A stretch of DNA of 64,000 nucleotides from Pelagibacterium sp. (GCF_965249125.1 NZ_OZ252217.1:235736-299735), one strand, 5' to 3'. Positions 51,513-61,425 are shown, numbered from the stretch's first letter. Numbers and translations are program-made. The notes: generated by a model not told the origin, from the letters alone.

Positions 51513-51758
51513 ATGATCGTAGACTTCTGTAGCACCAACCTGCGCCTGCTCGAATCGGCGAAGGCCTTGCACGACACGGCGACCGACCAACTGCGCCCGG
51601 GCGACCGCGTGCGGGTCCTGCGGTGCATCACGCGTTGCCATACCTGCGGCTACACGCCCAATGTGAGAATCGATTTTCAAACCTTTGACGATGTGAGCCC
51701 GCTCACGCTCAAGAACTTGCTTGCGCAGGAAGGTCGATTCCACGATGTCTCTGAATGA
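51513..51758 (+). CDS. Small Cys-containing protein, DUF1450/YuzB-like
   Basis: MIVDFCSTNL and CITRCHTC parallel the EFCxxN...CLSxCGxC pattern as recalled for DUF1450. Confidence 0.55.
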   Translation: MIVDFCSTNLRLLESAKALHDTATDQLRPGDRVRVLRCITRCHTCGYTPNVRIDFQTFDDVSPLTLKNLLAQEGRFHDVSE

Positions 51759-51789
51759 CTATGACTTCAGAGATGGAGAACGCAGGAGA

Positions 51790-52824
51790 ATGTCTACCCT
51801 CAAAGAAGTTGCTGCATTGGCCGGTGTATCGATGGCCACGGCGTCCGCCGCCATAAACAACGGACCGGTCGGCAAGGCGTCGCGCGAAAGAGTTCTCGCT
51901 GCCGCAAAGCAGCTCAATTACGTCCCGAGCAAGGCCGGACGGATGCTGATGACGGGAAAGAGCAACGTCATCGAAATGGTGATCATGACCATTGATGGCC
52001 ACCCGGACATCGTCCGGCGCACGGCCTTGTTCTATTACTTGATGTTGGGTGTCTCCGAAGTCGCCGAGGCCAATGGTTTTGGCGTACGCTACACCACGAA
52101 ATCTCATGATGCGCCTGACGTCACGGAATATTTCGATCACGTTGTCGGCGATCGATCGGCCGACGGCATTATCATCGTTCCCCAGTTCGCCCGTGACTAT
52201 TCATTTCTCAGCGCGCTGCACCGGGCCAGGTACCCCCATGTGATGTTGCGCCCGAGCCGCAATGCAGAAGATAGCAATTACGTCGACCTCGGCGACTACG
52301 AGGGGGGGCAGATGGTGGGGCAGGAACTCGTCGGGGTCGGCGCCAGCAGCATAGCGCTGATCAACGGCCCACAGTCACACCTCTGCGCCATAGAGCGCGA
52401 GCGTGGTCTGTCGGACGCTCTGCTCGACCTGGGTGGGACGATCGTCGCAAAGTCTTACAGCGACTATACGATTTCGGGCGGATACGACGCCATGGCCAGG
52501 ATATTCGAAAGCGGCAAGCTGCCGGAAGCCGTGTTCTGCACCAATGACTATATGGCCGCCGGTGCGATGAACTTCCTGCGGGAAAAAGGCGTGTCCGTGC
52601 CAAGGGATATCGCCGTTATCGGTTATGACGACAGCGATCTGGCCACGGTGGTCTATCCCGCGCTCACGACCTTGGATAACCGCTTCTTCGAGATCGGCCA
52701 AGCGCTTGCTGAAGAACTGATTTCCGTCATCAGAGGCGAAACAACCACTATCGCCCGCTCGCTCATCCCGATCTTTCGGGAACGCGCCAGCCACAGTTAT
52801 GGCAAAACGGGGTGGGCAGATTAG
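51790..52824 (+). CDS. LacI-family transcriptional regulator
   Basis: TLKEVAALAGVSMATAS HTH, AVFCTNDYMAAG, VPRDIAVIGYDD; RBS AGGAG. Confidence 0.92.
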   Translation: MSTLKEVAALAGVSMATASAAINNGPVGKASRERVLAAAKQLNYVPSKAGRMLMTGKSNVIEMVIMTIDGHPDIVRRTALFYYLMLGVSEVAEANGFGVRYTTKSHDAPDVTEYFDHVVGDRSADGIIIVPQFARDYSFLSALHRARYPHVMLRPSRNAEDSNYVDLGDYEGGQMVGQELVGVGASSIALINGPQSHLCAIERERGLSDALLDLGGTIVAKSYSDYTISGGYDAMARIFESGKLPEAVFCTNDYMAAGAMNFLREKGVSVPRDIAVIGYDDSDLATVVYPALTTLDNRFFEIGQALAEELISVIRGETTTIARSLIPIFRERASHSYGKTGWAD

Positions 52825-53343
52825 TTGGAACACGCTGTTCTTCAATCGACCAGGGTCTGGCTTCGTCAGTCTCAAGAACGCCGAAATAATGCGCGAACCT
52901 CCAGGCCCTTTGCCAAGGTTAAGCAGGTCGCAGCGTCGCCAGCGAAACGATCCAAACCGGATGCGGCAGTAGCTCGAATGCCGCCGCCGAAGACCGAGAG
53001 AGCCGCTCCAATCCGCTCAATCACATTCCCTCCGGCCAAAGCGTCGATCAGCCTTGCCACCCGGCACGCTCGCGATAATTTACACACCCCTCCCGCCGCC
53101 GCAATATCGTCATCGCGGCGCGCCAACGCCAATGCCTGACTACCCTTTCCAAAACCACAACGTTTCGTTTCGGGGTGTACCACATAGCACTGGTATACAT
53201 ATGTCTGCAGCGCCGGTATCTCGAATGCAGTGGGCACCGCCGCGCACTTTGCACCTGACAGTTGTGCATTCATAAGCAACCGGAAAGTGTTCGAGCCGAT
53301 AGTAGAAGATTTGACGTCCGCTTTGCTGGCCTGAAAGCCAAAA

Positions 53344-53418
53344 TCGGACCGTCCGTAATCGGCCCCGCGGCTGCCGATCTCATCGTTTCTCTTTTGGCCA
53401 ATCACGGCCAAAGGAGAA
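53344..53418. repeat. Junction repeat plus 13-6-13 palindrome upstream of recombinase 1
   Basis: 24-mer at 53344; TTCTCTTTTGGCC-AATCAC-GGCCAAAGGAGAA at 53387-53418, identical at 62270-62301. Confidence 0.8.
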
Positions 53419-53423
53419 CTGAA

Positions 53424-54056
53424 ATGGGATACTCTCGATATGATGCCGCAGCCCGAGGACGGGCTGCATGGAATGCTGGAAAGACAGTCGGGACCAAACG
53501 CCCTCTTACGCAGAAGCAGATCTGGGCTGTCCGTTTCTTCCTGGATCGGGAGGGCCGGGTTCGAGACCGTGCCCTGTTCGACCTTGCCATCGACAGCAAG
53601 CTTCGCGGCTGCGATCTGGTCAAGATCAAGACTGGCGACCTAGTCACAGGGCCGGAAATTCGAACGCGGGCCATGGTCGTTCAGCAAAAGACCGGGCGGC
53701 CAGTTCAATTCGAACTGACCAGCGATGTGCGTGCCAGCCTGCTCTCATGGCTTGAGAAGCGAGGGGGCAGTGTCAGTGACTATGCCTTTCCGAGTCGTAT
53801 TGACCACGGCAATCACATGAGCACACGGCAGTATGCCCTTCTGGTGGACGAATGGGTCACAGCCATTGGTCTTCGATCCTCAGACTATGGCACGCATTCG
53901 CTGCGAAGAACGAAGGCGGCGATGATATACAAGGCAACCGGAAACCTGCGCGCCATCCAAATTCTGCTCGGCCACACCAAGATCGAGAATACCGTTCGGT
54001 ATCTCGGTGTGGACATCGAGGATGCTTTGCTTCTGGCTGAACGGACCGAAATATGA
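53424..54056 (+). CDS. Small tyrosine recombinase (210 aa), copy 1
   Basis: Catalytic R (KLRGCDL), HxxR (HSLR), LGH and Y (TVRY); no arm-binding N-terminal domain. Confidence 0.92.
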   Translation: MGYSRYDAAARGRAAWNAGKTVGTKRPLTQKQIWAVRFFLDREGRVRDRALFDLAIDSKLRGCDLVKIKTGDLVTGPEIRTRAMVVQQKTGRPVQFELTSDVRASLLSWLEKRGGSVSDYAFPSRIDHGNHMSTRQYALLVDEWVTAIGLRSSDYGTHSLRRTKAAMIYKATGNLRAIQILLGHTKIENTVRYLGVDIEDALLLAERTEI

Positions 54057-54060
54057 GCTG

Positions 54061-54240
54061 GAGCGGTCATTCGCTCACCACGGATGACCGCTTCGTTCCA
54101 CTGGCTCTAGGTTCACAGATGCCGACACCGGGGTGGGAACCTGCCGTTCCCGCGACCAGCCCCTGAATGCAGCTATGTGGACAAAGCGCTAATTCGCTGC
54201 AGTTACTCGAACGACCGCTTCACGGTGAATCTAAATTCGT
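54061..54240. repeat. 13-7-13 palindrome and degenerate repeat cluster downstream of recombinase 1
   Basis: GAGCGGTCATTCG-CTCACCA-CGGATGACCGCTT (54061-54093); further GAAYGNCMGC-type arms near 54166 and 54209. Confidence 0.7.
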
Positions 54241-54295
54241 TCGGCAAAGCGCCTGATGCGTTCCACCAGGCGCCTCTTGTTCCTGTCACATCGCG

Positions 54296-55015
54296 TTACT
54301 TGATGGCGAGGATGTCGAAGTTGTGGACGTTAGCGACCACACCGTCGTCCCACCCGCCAGCGACCAACTCCGCTGCCCGTTCGTTCAGCAGCCCGGCGAC
54401 TTGACCGGCAAAGTGTGCTTCACGGCCAGCATTGTTGGTGAAGATGTCGAAGATTGCGAAGGATGTTTCGTCAATCTGCAGCGCCGCCCAGAACAATGTG
54501 CCGGGTTCGGTTTCTCCGACGATGGGACCAGCTGCGGTCAGCAAGGCTGCCAATTCCGGCCCTCTGCCGGGTGCTGCTTCGAGCGTGATGTACGTGGCTG
54601 TCGTGGCCGAGTAGAGATCAACCGGTTCCCTCACCGACAGGACATCGGAATTGTTGATATTCGCGACAACACCATCGTCCCAGCCCCCGGCGACCAGCGC
54701 GTCGGCATTTTGGTTCAAAGCCGCGGCCATAGCGCCGGAGAAATGCGCATTGCGCGCTTCTTCATCCACGAAGATATCAAAGATCGCGAGCGTATCGTCG
54801 GCTTGTAAGGCAAACCAAAGCACGGTGCCTGGTTCGGTGTCCGCGACAATCGGGGCGGCTCCGGCCAGAAATTCGGCGAATGCTTCGGTCTGGCCTTCAG
54901 CGGCGAGCATGGCGATGTAGCTGGCAGTGTGATTTTCCATTGGGGTTTCCTGTGCGGGTGCAGATGTCGTGATCAAGGCCAAAGCGGCGAGTGTCTTGAG
55001 AATTTGGGCTTTCAT
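54296..55015 (-). CDS. Secreted protein with two tandem ABM/quinol-monooxygenase-like domains
   Basis: Sec signal (MKAQILKTLAALALITTSAPA); internal duplication TEPGT..W.AL...AIFDIF...R.AHF.G...LVAGGWDDGVVAN. Confidence 0.8.
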   Translation of the reverse strand: MKAQILKTLAALALITTSAPAQETPMENHTASYIAMLAAEGQTEAFAEFLAGAAPIVADTEPGTVLWFALQADDTLAIFDIFVDEEARNAHFSGAMAAALNQNADALVAGGWDDGVVANINNSDVLSVREPVDLYSATTATYITLEAAPGRGPELAALLTAAGPIVGETEPGTLFWAALQIDETSFAIFDIFTNNAGREAHFAGQVAGLLNERAAELVAGGWDDGVVANVHNFDILAIK

Positions 55016-55112
55016 GGTCGCCTCCTGATTGAGAGGTCGTTGTGTTTGGTTTCGATGCATCCTTTTCCCATGCCGAATGCCTCAGGCACCAATCCCGAAC
55101 TTCTATTCTTTG

Positions 55113-55127
55113 ATAGACATGTGCTAT
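55113..55127. promoter_or_regulatory. LysR box
   Basis: ATAG-N7-CTAT palindrome (T-N11-A) between divergent genes. Confidence 0.6.
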
Positions 55128-55165
55128 GGTGAACCTCATGGCGGAAAGTGACGGAGACTGTGGCA

Positions 55166-56032
55166 GTGGAGATGAACCAGATCAGGTATTTTTTGGCTGT
55201 CTGCCAGCATCGCAACTTCACCCATGCCGCTAGCGCCTCAAATGTTTCCCAACCGTCCTTGACGACCGCGATCAAGAAACTTGAACACGAGCTCGGGGGT
55301 GATCTGTTTGTCAGGGACCGCGCGGGATGCAGGTTGACGGCACTCGGAAAACTCATGCAGCCAAGGCTACAGAAAGCGCATGACGAAACGCAGGCAGCTA
55401 AGGCAGAAGCCGTCCGCCACACGCGACTAGAGCGGGTTCCTATTTCTGTCGGTGTTGGCGAAACGATTGGTCACAACCGGATTTCAGCCGCCGTGGAACG
55501 CTTCCGTACACGATTGCCGCAAGCCGAAATAGAGTTGATCGTGGCGTCTGCCTCCAAGCTTCTGGCCGGATTGCGAGAGGGTAAATTTGACGTCGTTGTC
55601 ACAGCGGCGACGGTCAGTGAAGACCTCTATCGAATAGACCAGCTCTATGACGAGTCCTACAAGGTTGTGGTGTCCAAGTCGCACCCGTTGTCTGAACGAG
55701 ACGCTATTTCTCTTTCGACACTCGCTGAAACTGACATGCTCGATCGACCCAATTGCGAAATGCGGGATGCGTTGCATGGGGCATGTGCAGACCAAGGTCA
55801 CGAACTCTACGCGGCCTATCGGTCAAATCGCGTGGATTGGTTAGTCGAACTCGCGCGGCAGGGATTAGGCGCGGTGATTTTGCCAACCACGGCAATTCCA
55901 GCAGACAGGGGCCTCGTTTCGATACTCATCGACGGCCTTGAAATTTCGCGAACTGTTTCTGCTCTTCGTTATCGGCACCAAACGACGAGACCAGAGACAA
56001 ATGATCTGATCCGTGAGATTGCGCGTGTGTAG
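55166..56032 (+). CDS. LysR-family transcriptional regulator
   Basis: MEMNQIRYFLAV...NFTHAA...VSQPSLTTAIKKLE HTH. Confidence 0.9.
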   Translation: MEMNQIRYFLAVCQHRNFTHAASASNVSQPSLTTAIKKLEHELGGDLFVRDRAGCRLTALGKLMQPRLQKAHDETQAAKAEAVRHTRLERVPISVGVGETIGHNRISAAVERFRTRLPQAEIELIVASASKLLAGLREGKFDVVVTAATVSEDLYRIDQLYDESYKVVVSKSHPLSERDAISLSTLAETDMLDRPNCEMRDALHGACADQGHELYAAYRSNRVDWLVELARQGLGAVILPTTAIPADRGLVSILIDGLEISRTVSALRYRHQTTRPETNDLIREIARV

Positions 56033-56039
56033 ACGTAGT

Positions 56040-56330
56040 ATCATTGATGGCCGACATTCGCGCATAGTGCAGTAACTGGTACTTTGGGCTCGAATCGGTC
56101 GTTCCGGAAGCCAATCGCGAATGGCCGGAATGGCGTCGGATGCTGAATGTCGGCTTTGTCCGCATCCATGTCAGAACCGGTCAGTCCGCTGTCGGCTCCA
56201 AATTGTGCCAATGCCTCGGCGCAGCGGATCCTCTGCTGGTGACCGGCATGAGGTAGTTTTAGGCGGGCAGCTTGCAGCGACCAAGTAGAGCATGCAGACG
56301 TTCGCGTTGGCTTTTATCATGCAGACGACC
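56040..56330. repeat. Degenerate palindromic repeat cluster inside the cargo
   Basis: GCCGACATTC (56049) / GAATGTCGGC (56146) perfect inverted pair; 24-mer at 56177; GCAGACGTTC near 56313. Confidence 0.7.
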
Positions 56331-56455
56331 GGGCGTCGAGGCGGCGTGACCGGGCAGCACTGTTTCAGCATAACCTTCAGGGGCTTGCCGTAAGTTTAGT
56401 TACCGTAGATGCTCAGTATCAGACTTTGGGAAGCTTTTCAGGTTGATCTGTCGCT

Positions 56456-57406
56456 ATGGGGGAAACAAAAAACGCATCTGAAGTCAGCGACTTTCTGCTG
56501 GAACTATACCATGATGCGTCTGAATGCAGGCCGGAGGAACTTCGCCTGCGGGTGCTGCAAAACCTACAGCGCTTCATTCCTTTCGATTTCGGGGTGTGGG
56601 GCGGTGGCTGGGCCAATGGCCGGCTGGTTACGGACCTGACGGTTCTCAATCAAAGCGAGGCGATATTGGGCGAATGGGACTCTGTCGCCCAGGAGGATGC
56701 CTTCTGTGACCTGACGCTCAATCGTCTCGGCACGACCGCCCGTTTCGATGACGTTCCAAACTATCGCGCAAGTCTGGCCTTTAATGAGCATTGGCAGCGC
56801 TTCGATGCCACGCACATGATGGCGACGATCGTCGGGGAAAAGACGGACGGCTATGTTAGCTTCGTGGGTCTGTGCGCGGAAAATAGACCGATGACGTTCT
56901 GCGATACCCAGCGCAGGTTCAAGCAGCTGCTTATGCCACATCTATCGCAGGCGCTGCGTATGAACCGTGAACTGTGGACCGGTCGCGCGGCACTGGAACA
57001 TGAAGCGATCGCGCTGATAGACCGGGAAGGTTGGGTGCTGTGCACACAGGGGCCCTTTGACGATTTTGCCGAACACGAATGGGGTGGGCGCATAGCGCAA
57101 CTACCCGCTCACGTCATGGACACGCTTAAACGTGGCAATCGCTGGCGGGGCGAAATGCTGGATGTTCGATTGTCCCCGTTCGGCAGCAATTATTTCGTCC
57201 ACCTGTCAATCCATCCCGCCCTTTCGAGTTTGTCTCCGCGTGAACGTGAGGTCGCTGGATTGTTCGGCTCCGGCATGACCACCAAGCAGGTGGCGCGTGC
57301 CTTGGGTACATCACCATCCACAGTGCGCAATCAGGTCGTGCGCATCTACGAAAAGCTCGGCATCTCCAGCAAAGCGCAGCTCGCGACACTTGCCGGCGGT
57401 AAGTAA
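56456..57406 (+). CDS. LuxR-type HTH regulator with an N-terminal sensor (GAF-like) domain
   Basis: LSPREREVAGLFGSGMTTKQVARALGTSPSTVRNQVVRIYEKLGISSKAQL. Confidence 0.88.
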   Translation: MGETKNASEVSDFLLELYHDASECRPEELRLRVLQNLQRFIPFDFGVWGGGWANGRLVTDLTVLNQSEAILGEWDSVAQEDAFCDLTLNRLGTTARFDDVPNYRASLAFNEHWQRFDATHMMATIVGEKTDGYVSFVGLCAENRPMTFCDTQRRFKQLLMPHLSQALRMNRELWTGRAALEHEAIALIDREGWVLCTQGPFDDFAEHEWGGRIAQLPAHVMDTLKRGNRWRGEMLDVRLSPFGSNYFVHLSIHPALSSLSPREREVAGLFGSGMTTKQVARALGTSPSTVRNQVVRIYEKLGISSKAQLATLAGGK

Positions 57407-57424
57407 CCGCCGTGCTGCGCTGCC

Positions 57425-57444
57425 AATAGAGCAAATGCTCTATT
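57425..57444. promoter_or_regulatory. 20-bp palindromic operator candidate
   Basis: AATAGAGCA-AA-TGCTCTATT, perfect, between the LuxR gene and the downstream operon. Confidence 0.6.
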
Positions 57445-57514
57445 TTCAATCGAGCCTGGACGCGATTACCTTCAGAACGCGCGCCAGACGAGAGCGGGCG
57501 CAATTGGGGGATGC

Positions 57515-58489
57515 ATGTGGGATTTCAGTGTTGGCAGGGCAATTGGTCTGATGATGCAGACCCTGCCTTTCGTTGTGCTTAGGATGGCCGTCTATTTCGT
57601 TATTACCTTGGCCTATATCCTTGTGACGGGCACAGGCGCGGGAATCGGGTTTGGCGTAGGCGCCCTGGGCGATGCTGGCTTTCAGACCGGTTCGACCTTC
57701 TGGGGCGGCCTGATCGGTTTCGGTATTGTCGGGGCCGTCATGTACTGGGCGCGCGAATATATCCTCTACATCGCTAAGGCCGGCCATATCGCCGTGCTGG
57801 TAGAGTTGATCGATGGTAAGCAGCTGCCCGAGGGGCGCTCGCAGGTCGAGCATGGCAGGGTCGTTGTGACGGAGCGGTTCGCGCAGGCCAGCGTGCTGCT
57901 TGCAGTCGATCAACTCATCAAAGGCGTGTTGCGAGCGGTCACCGGGCTGATCCGCGGTCTACTCACCATTTTGCCGATACCGGGCGTCCGGCAACTGACC
58001 GGCATCCTGCATGCCTTTCTACAAGTGGCGGTCGGATTTATCGACGAAGTTATCCTTGCCTACGCCATCAGGACTGGCTCGACCAATCCGTGGGCCTCGG
58101 CCAAGGACGCGCTGGTGCTTTATGGGCAGAACTACAAGGTCATGCTCAAGAATGCCGCCTGGCTCTCCATCATCGTCTATCTCCTGAGCTTTGTGGTGTT
58201 CCTCGTCATGCTCGCGCCCGCAGCACTGGTTGTCTACCTGATGCCGGGCGCGTGGGCGGCAGGCGGGTTCGTCTTTGCGCTTCTGTTCGCTTGGGCGGTC
58301 AAGGCTGCGCTTTTAGAGCCGTTCGCCATTACCTGCCTGATGCAGGTCTATTTCAAGACAATCGAAGGCCAGCAACCCGATCCCGAATGGGATGCACGGC
58401 TTGAGCAGATGTCGGGCAAGTTCCGCGACCTCAAGACGCGTGCATTCGGCAGCCAGGCTCAACCCGATGCCAGCGCCCAACCTGCCTGA
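57515..58489 (+). CDS. Hypothetical polytopic membrane protein
   Basis: Several hydrophobic helices; RBS GGGGA; operon position. Confidence 0.8.
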   Translation: MWDFSVGRAIGLMMQTLPFVVLRMAVYFVITLAYILVTGTGAGIGFGVGALGDAGFQTGSTFWGGLIGFGIVGAVMYWAREYILYIAKAGHIAVLVELIDGKQLPEGRSQVEHGRVVVTERFAQASVLLAVDQLIKGVLRAVTGLIRGLLTILPIPGVRQLTGILHAFLQVAVGFIDEVILAYAIRTGSTNPWASAKDALVLYGQNYKVMLKNAAWLSIIVYLLSFVVFLVMLAPAALVVYLMPGAWAAGGFVFALLFAWAVKAALLEPFAITCLMQVYFKTIEGQQPDPEWDARLEQMSGKFRDLKTRAFGSQAQPDASAQPA

Positions 58490-58509
58490 CACGACACTGC
58501 GAGGGAAAT

Positions 58510-60546
58510 TTGATCATGAGACTTTTCGCGCTCCTGCCGCTGGTGCTCGCCTCGAGCTTGGTGCCGTCTATCGCAGCCGCATCCGAGGATGTGGTGGTCG
58601 TTTACGACGGCTCGGGTTCGATGTGGGGGCAGATCGCCGGCGTCGCCAAGGTCGAGATCGCGCGAGAGGTCATGGGTGATCTTATCGCCACCTGGCCTGA
58701 GGGCGCAAACATAGGGCTCGTGGCCTACGGTCACCGGCGCGAAGGAGACTGCTCCGACATCGAGACCTTGATTGCACCGTCCCCGCTGGACAGGGCGACC
58801 TTCATTTCGACGGTCAACGGGGTCACGCCGCGCGGGCGCACGCCGCTCACCGAGTCCGTTCGTCAGGCCGCCGATCTGCTTTCCTATCGCGACACGCAGG
58901 CTACCGTGATCCTGATTTCGGACGGATTGGAAACCTGCCAGGCCGATCCTTGTGCGCTCTCGGCAGAGCTGGCGCAGCAGGGGGTGAACTTTACCGCCCA
59001 TGTGGTCGGCTTTGATCTGACCGAAGAAGAGCACGCCGGCCTTGCCTGTATTGCGGAGAACACGGGCGGGGTGTTCGTGCCTGCGCAAAATGCCGATGAG
59101 CTGCGCGATGCGCTGGCTCATGTGCAAAACGTTGTCGACCTTCAGCCGCTCTCTCCGCCCGAATCCGTAACGGAGCCTGACCCCGTACCGGAACAGCAGG
59201 TCGATGCCGAGATCGAGCTTGACGTGCCCGCTACAGTGGTCACCGGTGCCAGCTTCACCGTCGCATGGTCTTCCACGATCGACCCGCAGGATTATATCAC
59301 CATCGTTCCCGTTGGGGCGGATGAAAACACTTATGGCAACTACCAGCGGGTGTACGGCAATACAGAGAGTAGCCTGACTGCGCCCGCCGAACCGGGACTT
59401 TACGAGGTGCGCTATGTCCTGGACGAGGGCACACGCGCATTGGGTTCTACCCCGGTGGAGGTTGTCGAAGCCGAAGTCTCAATCTCCGCTCCCGACGAAG
59501 TCACGACAGGTGCCAGTTTTGATGTTTTGTGGTCGTCTTCTATTCATCCCCAGGACTACGTCGCCATCGTTCCTGTGGGCGCGGATGAAGGCACCTACAC
59601 CAATTACCAGCGCGTGCGTGACCAGACGGAAGGCAGCTTGACTGCGCCTGCCGAGCCGGGGCTCTACGAGGTGCGGTATGTGCTGGAGGAAGGCGCGAGA
59701 ACGCTGGCGTCGGACCCGGTGGAGGTGATCGAGGCCGAGATATCTGTTTCGGCCCCGGAAACGGTCACGACCGGAGCGAGCTTCACTGTTTCCTGGTCAT
59801 CCTCGGTCCATCCCCAGGACTACGTGACCATCGTTCCTGTGGGCGCGGATAAAGGCGCCTACACCAATTACCAGCGCGTGCGCGACGACGCGGAAAACAG
59901 CCTGATCGCCCCTGCCGAGCCGGGACTTTACGAGGTGCGGTATGTTCTGAACGAAGGCTCTCGGACGTTGGCATCAGCCTCGATCGAGGTCCTCGAGGCT
60001 GAGGTGATCCTGCAAGGCCCGGACGTCGCGCGTGCACAAACACCGCTGCGCATAAGCTGGTCTATGATCATTCATCCTCAGGACTATATCACCATTGTTC
60101 CGGCTGGCGCCGATGAAGGAAGCTACCAGGACTATATCCACGTCAGGGACGATCTTGAGGGAGATCTCGACGCGCCTGCCGATCCCGGCCTTTACGAGAT
60201 CAGATATGTTCTGCAGGAGGGCGCACGCACGATTTCCAGCCGCATGCTGGAAGTGGTTGGGGCTGACGCTCCGCTCGATGATGGTGTGGGCTTGATTGTT
60301 CCGTCGCAGGCCGGTTCCGGCGAGACGATCACCATTACCTGGTCCGGGGGTGCTGACAGCGCCGACTAGCGCCTGGCGCTTGCCCGGGCCGATCAGGCCG
60401 ATTTCAGCTGGATCGAAGCCTATCGCATCGGCGAGGAAACCACAGTCGAATTGACCATGCCAAATGAGCCGGGCCGCTATGAGATCCGGTATCTTGATAT
60501 CAGCGGACAGGCCGTTCTTGGGCGCGCCATCGTGGAGGTGGAATGA
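58510..60546 (+). pseudogene. Secreted VWA-domain protein with tandem 88-aa Ig-like repeats; premature TAG at 60367-60369
   Basis: MIDAS DGSGS, LISDGLETC; repeats at 264-bp period; frame continues 58 codons past the TAG to a TGA overlapping the next ATG. Confidence 0.85.
59230..60290 (+). repeat. Four intragenic 264-bp tandem repeats
   Basis: (D/H)PQDY.(T/A)IVP.GAD-coding segment recurs at 59281, 59545, 59809 and 60073. Confidence 0.9.
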
Positions 60547-61403
60547 CCATGTTTCTTGCCAAAAAGACTCAATGGCTTGCTGTGGCGGCCGCCGTTCTTG
60601 TGCTTCCCTGCTTCCTTGCGGCCGCTCACGCCGAAATCGACGGCCACGGTCCCGACGCGTGGCGGGTCATAGATGTTGGGGCCAACGATGTGCTCAACGC
60701 CCGCATGGGGCCCGGCACCAACTATCCCGTGATCGAGACCTTTGCGTATGACGCGCGGGGATTGCAGCAGATCACCTGCGTTCCGTTTTACACGATGGCG
60801 CATTTTTCGGCGATGACCGACGCCGAACTCGCGGCCCTGCCGCCGCGCTGGTGTCTTATGCGTTCCGCCGATTTGAGCAAGGCAGGCTGGGTGGCGCAAC
60901 GCTTTCTGATTGCCGATTTCGATGATGACGTCCTTTTCGGGGATGGCGGAGGGTATGACGAGCCCGAGGAGGTGATGGATGTCGAAAAGATCCTTCCCGC
61001 GCCCACGGCCGGCTCTGACGCGTGGTCCAGTGACGAACTGATCGAACACGCGCGTGGGCTCGTTGCGGCGCTATATGCCTATGATGACCCTGCTCGGGGC
61101 GTGAGCCATCGCGATCCGGCCGCGCCCGATGTGTTTTTCTCCAGTGAATTCAGGGATGCGCTGCGATCCCGCCCGCCCGGCGCGGACCTGCTCATAGGCG
61201 CGCAGGATTTCCAGGGCAGCGTTTCCGAGCCGATGCCGGACCCCGATCAGCCCATGTTCCGCGGCATGATTACAATCAATGTCGAGGTCGAAAACTTCGG
61301 CCAGAGGCACACGGCCATCTTCCGCCTGCGCGGCGACACCACCCGACCTGACGCCCCGCTGCGCATTTTCCGCATCGAGCACGACGGCTGGTCGTACCCG
61401 TAA
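60543..61403 (+). CDS. Secreted protein with an SH3-like (bacterial SH3b) N-terminal domain
   Basis: Signal peptide; VIDVGANDVLNARMGPGTNYPVI and GWVAQRFL SH3b-like motifs; small C-terminal domain. Confidence 0.75.
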   Translation: MTMFLAKKTQWLAVAAAVLVLPCFLAAAHAEIDGHGPDAWRVIDVGANDVLNARMGPGTNYPVIETFAYDARGLQQITCVPFYTMAHFSAMTDAELAALPPRWCLMRSADLSKAGWVAQRFLIADFDDDVLFGDGGGYDEPEEVMDVEKILPAPTAGSDAWSSDELIEHARGLVAALYAYDDPARGVSHRDPAAPDVFFSSEFRDALRSRPPGADLLIGAQDFQGSVSEPMPDPDQPMFRGMITINVEVENFGQRHTAIFRLRGDTTRPDAPLRIFRIEHDGWSYP

Positions 61404-61425
61404 GCGCATAAAAAGGACGTCTTCA

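Noticed and set aside
52825-53340. ORFs in the gap between LacI and recombinase 1
   Set aside because: Overlapping short frames on both strands with no RBS or recognisable motif.
56040-56330. CRISPR array in the repeat clusters
   Set aside because: Units are degenerate, occur in both orientations, have no regular unique spacers, and no cas genes are present.
59230-60290. CRISPR or other non-coding tandem array
   Set aside because: The 264-bp repeats are in frame and encode protein domains.
60367-60369. Pyrrolysine or programmed amber read-through
   Set aside because: No pyl genes or suppressor tRNA in the window; a single C-to-T change from Gln is simpler.
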